This document shows, one piece after another, positions 57,181 through 64,000 of a stretch of 64,000 nt of DNA; within the stretch, counting starts at the first letter, position 1, and every line of letters starts with the position of its first letter. This DNA comes from Bacteroidales bacterium (GTDB lineage: Bacteria > Bacteroidota > Bacteroidia > Bacteroidales > UBA932). The stretch lies in contig SUYV01000003.1 in NCBI GenBank assembly GCA_015060255.1, positions 6,590-70,589 of the forward strand. The letters run 5' to 3'. The position numbers were made by a program, and so were the translations under genes. The notes under the pieces were generated by a model that was not told the DNA's origin, did no database searches, and saw only the letters and a program-made list of their open reading frames with translations.

Positions 57181-58755
57181 ATGAAGAAAGTATTGGCAGC
57201 CATAGGCATCGCCGTATCGGTGATGTCCCTTTCCGCACAGGAAAAAGGCTATCTCACAGGAAGCTTCGAGACCAATGACCACATCTATGTTAAGGACGAG
57301 GCCAACAGGTTCACCCCGGATGATGACAACTTCGGAACCAACAACTATCTGAAGCTGGACTACTACAACGGCAATTTCTCGGCAGGTCTTCAGCTCGAAG
57401 GATACTACCCTGCGCTCATAGGCTATCCGGATGAACTCAACAAGGTGGCCCTCAGTAACATATATGTAAACTGGAAGGATGAAGATTTCCAGATAACGGC
57501 AGGAACATTCTATGACCAGTTCGGAAGCGGACTTCTTTTCCGCAGCTGGGAAGACCGCCTTCTCGGTATGAACAATGCCGTCATGGGAGCGCGCTTCGCC
57601 TACAACTGGGAGGACAAGATCGCATTCAAGGCACTCTGGGGTATGCCTAGACTCGGAATGGAGATTTCCGAGACTCAGGTTCGCGGTGCCGACCTCAGCG
57701 TGTCGCTGGGCAATATCATAGGCCTTGACGACATCCTCCTTTCGCTGGAGGGATCTGTGCTCAACAGATATGAGAAAATCAGCATCGACGCCCAGGAGGC
57801 AGGCGGAAAGGCGAGCACCGTAGGCTTCTCAGGAAGACTCAACTTCGACTGGAACGGACTTTTCCTCAAGGGAGAGTATGTAGACCTCGGCAAGAAGCTG
57901 GTGGGCATGACTCCGAAGAGAGGCAACGCTCAGCTCGTGGAGATCGGTTACAACGGACGCGGCCTTGGAGTGACCCTTACCGGACGTCGTCTGGAGTGGA
58001 TGGGCCAGAAGATCAGCTCAAGGTCTCTTTCTACGGCTAACCTCATTTCCTATGTGCCTGCAATGAGCACTCAGTATACTTATATGCTGACTACGCTCCA
58101 TCCATACAACCCTCAGGTAGGAGACGAGTCTACATTCACATTCAACAGCGGTGAGATCGGAGGACAGCTTGACGCATTCTATAACTTCCGCCGCGGCACA
58201 GCCATCGGAGGAAAGAGGGGAATGAAGGTTCATGCCAATTTCTCGACATATTATACACTTGCTCAGGAAGGAACTGCACAGGCGGGCAATCTGCTGTTCC
58301 GTGACTTCAGCTTCGACATCGAGAAGCAGTGGACAAAGCAGTTCAAGATGGTGCTCATGTACTCTATGCAGGAGTATAACCCTACATACGGAAACTTCAA
58401 GACCACATGGCTTTCGAACATCGTGGTGGCTGACCTCCTCTACAAGTGGACCCCTACATTCTCGACACGTCTGGAACTTCAGTACCTGACCACAAAGGAG
58501 GACAAGAAGGACTGGATGGCAGCTCTCCTCGAGGTCAACTTCGCGCCACATTGGAGCATATGGGGAAGCGATATGTACAATCATGGCTCGACAAAGATGC
58601 ATTATTATAATGTGGGTGTCAGCTATACGAAGGGCCGCACCCGCCTTGCCGCAGGATACGGCCGTTACAAGGACGGATTCATCTGCTCGGGCGGAGTATG
58701 CCGTCAGATTCCTCAGTACACAGGAGCCAACTTCAGCATAACAACTTCATTCTGA
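57181..58755 (+). CDS. DUF6029-like outer-membrane beta-barrel
   Basis: Signal peptide; TAGTFYDQFGSGLLFRSWEDR, amphipathic strands, GFICSGGVCR and terminal Phe. Family recognised from memory, not searched. Confidence 0.75.
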   Translation: MKKVLAAIGIAVSVMSLSAQEKGYLTGSFETNDHIYVKDEANRFTPDDDNFGTNNYLKLDYYNGNFSAGLQLEGYYPALIGYPDELNKVALSNIYVNWKDEDFQITAGTFYDQFGSGLLFRSWEDRLLGMNNAVMGARFAYNWEDKIAFKALWGMPRLGMEISETQVRGADLSVSLGNIIGLDDILLSLEGSVLNRYEKISIDAQEAGGKASTVGFSGRLNFDWNGLFLKGEYVDLGKKLVGMTPKRGNAQLVEIGYNGRGLGVTLTGRRLEWMGQKISSRSLSTANLISYVPAMSTQYTYMLTTLHPYNPQVGDESTFTFNSGEIGGQLDAFYNFRRGTAIGGKRGMKVHANFSTYYTLAQEGTAQAGNLLFRDFSFDIEKQWTKQFKMVLMYSMQEYNPTYGNFKTTWLSNIVVADLLYKWTPTFSTRLELQYLTTKEDKKDWMAALLEVNFAPHWSIWGSDMYNHGSTKMHYYNVGVSYTKGRTRLAAGYGRYKDGFICSGGVCRQIPQYTGANFSITTSF

Positions 58756-58759
58756 TGTC

Positions 58760-58795
58760 TGTCATTTCGACCGAACGAAGAGAGTGGAGAAATCT
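58760..58795 (+). repeat. REP-like element TGTCATTTCGACCGAACGAAGAGAGTGGAGAAATCT
   Basis: Shares TGTCATTTCGA and GAGAAATCT ends with 55674-55701. Confidence 0.65.
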
Positions 58796-58801
58796 ATGAT
58801 T

Positions 58802-59899
58802 ATGAAAAGAATACTATTATATATATCGACAATCGTTCTCGCTGCATCATGCTCGGGAACTGTCGATCCTGACAATCAGGGCCAGGGCGATGTCCCTGAT
58901 GAATTCACCGAGCCATTCACCCTGTCAGTCGACAAGGCGCAGGTCGAGGCCAGCGGTAAGGACATCGTGACATTTTCTCTCAAGGATGCCTATGGAAGAG
59001 AGATGCTTGAAGACAAGAGCACTCTTCAGAGCGTAAACATAACCTCGGAAGAAGGTGTGAGGGTGACCAGGATGGAGAGGGCAATAGGCTTCATCTCCAA
59101 CGGCACTTATCATTTCTCGGCAAAATACAAGGGCAAGGCAAGCGCCAATACTGTTGAAGTAACGGCTCAGAACAGGGCAAAGTACGAGAAATACCACAAG
59201 AATGTGGCTATTTACAAGGCGACTGCGACCTGGTGCGGTCCATGTGCCATAATGACCAAGGCTCTTGAAGGACTCAACGAGGACACCAAGTCTCATTCGG
59301 TAGAGTTGTGCTGGCATGGTCAGGACGAACTTGCTGTGACTCCGGGAGGATGGGACTATGACTATGGTTCTTTCGTGATATCTTATTTCGGAGGACAGGG
59401 TTTCCCTACAGTGGTGCTGGACCTCAAGGAGACTACGATAGAAAACACCTCAAGTGCTCTGGACAAGGCAATATGGAACATCCGTTCCGAATATCCTGCA
59501 TCTTGCGGCCTTAAGCTTTCTACAGAGTACGATGCAGCGGCCAAGGTCATCAATGCTTCTGCAGAGCTTACTTCTTCGACAGGCGGCAGCTACGATATGG
59601 GAATGGTTCTGCTTCTGAACAATCAGATCGTCCAAGGCGGCACCAACGAAGACGGACGCTATTCGCATATCGTGCGTGCTTCGACAGGCAACTTCTTCAT
59701 GTACTCATCTGAAAGTCTCACCAAGGTGGATAAGGACGGCAAGATGACTTTCGAACTTCAGATTCCTGCAGGCAATTACAAGCTCTCAGACCTTTCTGTG
59801 GTTGCCTTTGCGCTTGTTCCTGACGGAGATGGTGCGAGGATGGACAATATCGTGGAAGTAAAGGCAGGCGAGTCTGTCGACTATATTCTGAATGACTGA
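58802..59899 (+). CDS. Omp28-related lipoprotein (WCGPC)
   Basis: Lipobox AASC; ATATWCGPCA, GFPTV and YSHIVR. Confidence 0.82.
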   Translation: MKRILLYISTIVLAASCSGTVDPDNQGQGDVPDEFTEPFTLSVDKAQVEASGKDIVTFSLKDAYGREMLEDKSTLQSVNITSEEGVRVTRMERAIGFISNGTYHFSAKYKGKASANTVEVTAQNRAKYEKYHKNVAIYKATATWCGPCAIMTKALEGLNEDTKSHSVELCWHGQDELAVTPGGWDYDYGSFVISYFGGQGFPTVVLDLKETTIENTSSALDKAIWNIRSEYPASCGLKLSTEYDAAAKVINASAELTSSTGGSYDMGMVLLLNNQIVQGGTNEDGRYSHIVRASTGNFFMYSSESLTKVDKDGKMTFELQIPAGNYKLSDLSVVAFALVPDGDGARMDNIVEVKAGESVDYILND

Positions 59900-60992
59900 T
59901 ATGTTTAAAAGAATAGCATATGCCCTGACCGTTCTTGCCGTGGCGGCATGTTCGGGAACAGTCGATCCTGATGCAGGAGCGTCTGGCAATCCTATGGAGG
60001 AAGTGCCGGAAGGCGTGCTCCGTATATTTGCCGACAAGACGGAGATCTCGGCTGACGGTAATGAAGAGGTCACTTTCACAGTGATGTTCGGAAAAGAGGA
60101 TGTGAGCACAGCCCAGACCCTTGTCCTCATCAGGAAATATGATGGGGAAGAGAAACGTTCCAAGGCTTCCAATAAGTTTTCTACGGTAACTGCCGGTACA
60201 TATGAATTTACTGCCGAATATTATTATGGAGGCAGATTCTATACAGATAACAGTGTGACAGTCGAGGCCAAGCCTTATTTCTTCGGAGATGCAAAGGCTT
60301 ACCGCCAGCGTGTGCTTGGAGTATATTTCACTTCAACAGGCTGCACGAGCTGTCCGTCCGCTACCAGAGGCATCAAGACATTGCAGTCTGCCCACCCGGG
60401 GGACATATCCGTAGTGGCCTTCCACTCTCATATGGGTGTGGTGTCGGACCCTATGGTGATAGCCGAGACAGGACTGTTCAATGCCGTGCTCGGAGGTTTT
60501 GAAGGCCTTCCAAGGCTGTTCTGGAACATGAGGCAGGGAACTCATCTCATAGGACCGGACTTTACGGAAAGCTACAATGAAGAGATCGCGTCATACGAGC
60601 CTCAGTGCGGGGTTTCTGTTTCCACCGACCAGAATAATATAAATATTGGTATAACATCCAACGTACCTGCGATATACCGGTATCTTGTATTTGTAGTAGA
60701 AGACGGTATAGTAGCAGATCAGACCGGCGATCCGGATTATGTTCATGACAATGTTGTCCGTGCGGTCCTTACAAGCGAGAAGGGCGACAAGATAAACGAC
60801 AACCTTCCTCTCACCGTGGGAGTCGAAGCGAAGGCGACAGAGACCTTGGAAATCTCTCCTGCGTGGAACAAGGATAATCTTAGGGTGATCGTCGCAGCGA
60901 CAACCTCTACGGACGGCGGATATACATTTGTCGTAAACAATGTTGCCGAGTGCAGGCTTGGTGAAAGCGTTGATTATCAATATGCAGAATAA
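59892..60992 (+). CDS. Omp28-related lipoprotein (CTSC)
   Basis: Lipobox VAAC; FTSTGCTSCP, AFH, GLP and HDNVVR. Confidence 0.82.
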   Translation: MTDMFKRIAYALTVLAVAACSGTVDPDAGASGNPMEEVPEGVLRIFADKTEISADGNEEVTFTVMFGKEDVSTAQTLVLIRKYDGEEKRSKASNKFSTVTAGTYEFTAEYYYGGRFYTDNSVTVEAKPYFFGDAKAYRQRVLGVYFTSTGCTSCPSATRGIKTLQSAHPGDISVVAFHSHMGVVSDPMVIAETGLFNAVLGGFEGLPRLFWNMRQGTHLIGPDFTESYNEEIASYEPQCGVSVSTDQNNINIGITSNVPAIYRYLVFVVEDGIVADQTGDPDYVHDNVVRAVLTSEKGDKINDNLPLTVGVEAKATETLEISPAWNKDNLRVIVAATTSTDGGYTFVVNNVAECRLGESVDYQYAE

Positions 60993-60993
60993 G

Positions 60994-62070
60994 ATGAAGA
61001 AATTCAGGAACATATTCATGGCTGTCCTTGCGGCATCCCTCCTCTCATGCTCCGGAAACGTGGACGACTCCTCGTTGCCGGTGCTTGAAGCAAGTGACAC
61101 AGAAATAGATCTTGCGACTGAGACAGAAACGGTGTTCACTGTCAGATACAACGGAGTGGATGTCACTGAAGATGCCGAGATAGTGTCAGTTTCCGGAACG
61201 GAGGACTTTGACGGCAAGGTGTTCAGACCGCAGAGTACGGGCTCCGAGACCTTCTATGCCTCCTACAACGGCAAGGAGTCTGCCCAGGTCACAGTAAATG
61301 TGGTCAACTCAAGACCTCAGGTCGAGTCGAAATATGACAGGCATGTGTGTGTCATGGAATTCACAGGAGCATGGTGCATCAACTGTCCTGACGGATACGA
61401 CAAGATGATAGGCGTCATGTCCAAGCCGTCAATGTCCAGATATAAGGAAAACATACATTTGTGTGCATTCCATTCTGACCTTGAAGGAAAGGATGATATG
61501 GCTATTCCGCAGACGCAGGACCTCTTTGCCATGTTTGATGGTCTTGCATATCCTTCCTTCGTGACAGATATGAGAGAGGCCGGCATTCTCACCGCAGACG
61601 GAATCTCTCTCTTCCAGCCGAGCATCATGGCGTCGTTCGGGGATCATGCTGCTCACTGCGGCGTATCAGTATCTTCTGTAATGAGTGGTTCTCAGGCTGA
61701 GATTTCAGTAAAGGTACAGTCTGAACTCACCTCTCAGTACAGGGTTATCGTATTGGTCGTTCAGGATGCTGTCAAAGGCTGGCAAAAGACAAACCTCTAT
61801 CCTGAAGGTGACGATAACTATATCCATAAGCATGTGGTCCGTAAGGTCGTGACTTCCTATTCCGGAACCTTTGCCGGCGAGAAGATCACGGAAGACGGAA
61901 TCATAGCCTCCGGTGCAGAAGCTTCGGGTTCATGGACTGTTGTTGTGGACGAAAGCTGGAATCTTGATGATACGGAGATATATGCACTTGTTCAGGATAT
62001 GAACGGATATATCAATAATATGAATGTCTGCGCCATTGACGGTGGAGACTCCGGATATGATTTGAAATAA
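60994..62070 (+). CDS. Omp28-related lipoprotein (WCINC)
   Basis: Lipobox LLSC; EFTGAWCINCP, AFH, AYPS and HKHVVR. Confidence 0.82.
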   Translation: MKKFRNIFMAVLAASLLSCSGNVDDSSLPVLEASDTEIDLATETETVFTVRYNGVDVTEDAEIVSVSGTEDFDGKVFRPQSTGSETFYASYNGKESAQVTVNVVNSRPQVESKYDRHVCVMEFTGAWCINCPDGYDKMIGVMSKPSMSRYKENIHLCAFHSDLEGKDDMAIPQTQDLFAMFDGLAYPSFVTDMREAGILTADGISLFQPSIMASFGDHAAHCGVSVSSVMSGSQAEISVKVQSELTSQYRVIVLVVQDAVKGWQKTNLYPEGDDNYIHKHVVRKVVTSYSGTFAGEKITEDGIIASGAEASGSWTVVVDESWNLDDTEIYALVQDMNGYINNMNVCAIDGGDSGYDLK

Positions 62071-62085
62071 TTTGTATACGATACT

Positions 62086-64000
62086 ATGAAAAGAATTCTT
62101 AATGTTCTGCTGGCAGGCCTTCTGGTTTTTGGCCTTGCAGCTTGTGACAAGCCTAAGCCGGAAGAAGACGGCGAGGACGATGGAAAGACAGAAAACCCCG
62201 GAATTGACAATCCGGACAAGCCGGGTTCAGGAAATACCGGTGACATCGATAAATTCGAATTTCCTTTCGTCGAGGAATATCCTATCGAGTGCGGCAATCT
62301 GTATGCTGAGGGCTCTGAAGTCGGTGTGACAATCGAGGTTACAAAGGTGGAGGACATGAATTTCGTGTTTGAACTTCGTCCGGGTCCGCTTGTGCAGTCT
62401 TTCAAGATGGACGTATATCCTCTTGCACAGCTGTATAACAACCTTCTTAATGACAAGACTTTCGGTAATCTGACATCATCGGAGTCATGGGCGGTCAACG
62501 AGCGCATCCGCGAGTATCTCTTCAACGAGAGCGGCAGCGGCGGATATGCTTTCTCGATAAATGATTTCGATAATCCGGATGATTTCCTCCAGATTGAATA
62601 TGATTGGATGAACTCGCCATATGCAGCTGCTTCTGCAATCGCAATCCCTGATTGCGGCTATATAATTGCTGTGGTTGCCAGCGTCGAGCCTGAAATCAGC
62701 AGCGTGACACAGGAGGATATAACCCTCTGCTATGTTCACACTACAAGCCAGCCGCTTATCGGTGATCCTCAAGCTGAGATTGCAGTCAATGTAGGATACA
62801 CAGCCTTTACAGTATCGCATGAATTGAATTCTGATGCGGCAGCCGTATACTTCTTCGGATATCTGCAGGATGAGATCGATATGTATATTGACACATTCGG
62901 TGATACAATGTTCCGTGATTTTGTACGCACACGTGTGACAGCTCCGTCATATCCTAATGATCCAAATAATCCTGAGGCATTGACATATTCGGTAAATTAC
63001 GGTGACGCAGCTGACGCTTCTGTCATGAGTACTACCGTTGCAGTTGCTGTTGACGCTAACCTTACCCCTCAGGAAGACTATGCCCGCAGGGATTTCCACC
63101 TTAATGAAATACCTGAGGACCTGCCTGAACCGGAACTCTCAGTAGATGTTCTCGAGGACAGAGTGGCGGCATCTTATGTCGAGTTTGATGTAAACTTTAC
63201 AGCCGATTGCGGTACAGTGTTCTATAATGTTTTCCCTGCTTCATATCTTGAGACTATAGAAGGCATGAGTGCTAAGGATAAACGAGATCTTGCACGCTAC
63301 CTCAGAGATTACGGATATGGATGCCACAACCCGAATTTCACATGGGATAAGGAAAATGAGACTGCGACAGGAAGCGGTGCGGTCGTAAGGCTGGATGCAG
63401 TATCAGCTTATGCGGCGAGGGGAGTTGAGAACAGCCCTATCTATCCTGGTGAGACCTATGCTGTCGTTTATGTCGGACGTAATGGAGCGATGCAGCTGTC
63501 AGATCTCAAGGTTTCCGAGACTTTCACAACTGATGAGAGAAATATGACATCTCCGAACGGATTCACCGACAGTACTCTCAAGCTTGTAGTCGATAATCCT
63601 GGCAGAACTCAGTTCAGAGGAACGATTACCTATGACCCGTCTAAGGTGTCAATGGTTTATATACAGTATATGACTGCGGATAATAATCCTGGCCTTGATG
63701 AGAACAGTTCGTGGAATGACTGGGTCAATTTCATATTCGGCACCGGTACTTCAAACATGCTTGTGAACGCTTGGCCTACACAGTCCAGCGGACGAGACGG
63801 TCTTACATGGACAGGCATGACACCTGATACCGACTATACGCTTTTCATGTGTGCGGAGGACTTTGACGGCAACATAAGCCAGATGCAGTTCGCTACTATA
63901 AGGACATCAGAGGTTCAGGTCGGACCGGATCCTACCATCATCATGGCACTCAAGCCGGCGACGACCAATCCTTATGATTGGACAGTGACATATACCATTG
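62086..64000 (+). CDS. Large hypothetical lipoprotein with FN3-like repeats (runs off the window end)
   Basis: Not in the ORF track because there is no stop in the window. My translation: MKRILNVLLAGLLVFGLAAC-DKPKPEEDGEDDG...IYPGETYAVVYVG...GMTPDTDYTLFMCAEDFDG..., open to 64000. Confidence 0.85.
   Translation, partial: MKRILNVLLAGLLVFGLAACDKPKPEEDGEDDGKTENPGIDNPDKPGSGNTGDIDKFEFPFVEEYPIECGNLYAEGSEVGVTIEVTKVEDMNFVFELRPGPLVQSFKMDVYPLAQLYNNLLNDKTFGNLTSSESWAVNERIREYLFNESGSGGYAFSINDFDNPDDFLQIEYDWMNSPYAAASAIAIPDCGYIIAVVASVEPEISSVTQEDITLCYVHTTSQPLIGDPQAEIAVNVGYTAFTVSHELNSDAAAVYFFGYLQDEIDMYIDTFGDTMFRDFVRTRVTAPSYPNDPNNPEALTYSVNYGDAADASVMSTTVAVAVDANLTPQEDYARRDFHLNEIPEDLPEPELSVDVLEDRVAASYVEFDVNFTADCGTVFYNVFPASYLETIEGMSAKDKRDLARYLRDYGYGCHNPNFTWDKENETATGSGAVVRLDAVSAYAARGVENSPIYPGETYAVVYVGRNGAMQLSDLKVSETFTTDERNMTSPNGFTDSTLKLVVDNPGRTQFRGTITYDPSKVSMVYIQYMTADNNPGLDENSSWNDWVNFIFGTGTSNMLVNAWPTQSSGRDGLTWTGMTPDTDYTLFMCAEDFDGNISQMQFATIRTSEVQVGPDPTIIMALKPATTNPYDWTVTYTI

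Noticed and set aside
52600-62070. Possible selenocysteine (UxxC) recoding in the redox proteins
   Set aside because: All redox motifs lie in uninterrupted ORFs as Cys codons; there is no in-frame TGA.

Overview
A gene-dense Bacteroidales chromosome segment, probably from the uncultured RC9/'Ca. Cryptobacteroides'-like lineage (inferred from protein style and TAnnTTTG promoters). Most of it is housekeeping: MATE-truB-rpiB, glxK, gltX, the dcw cluster (mraZ to ftsZ), an M23 peptidase, tonB-udk-asnS, alkaline phosphatase, the exbB-exbD operon, ansA-tatD-dprA-queA, pyrE-rsmF-lolC/E, a putative porin with an MltF-like gene, pncAB, an AmgK/RapZ-MurU-like pair, purB, tmk and folP. I found no rRNA, tRNA, CRISPR array, integrase or transposase. 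Two things stand out. (1) A candidate envelope-spanning thiol-disulfide system at 49.9-64 kb: an exported TlpA-like thioredoxin (CKPC), a DUF6029-like outer-membrane barrel ending in CSGGVC, four Omp28-like CxxC lipoproteins with different active-site dipeptides, and two very large FN3-like lipoproteins, with a CGC-bearing DoxX/MauE membrane protein in between. (2) A 112-bp element with perfect 26-bp terminal inverted repeats sitting in frame inside truB, plus three short GTCAT...ATCT REP-like palindromes in intergenic regions. Family assignments come from motif recognition only; no searches were run.
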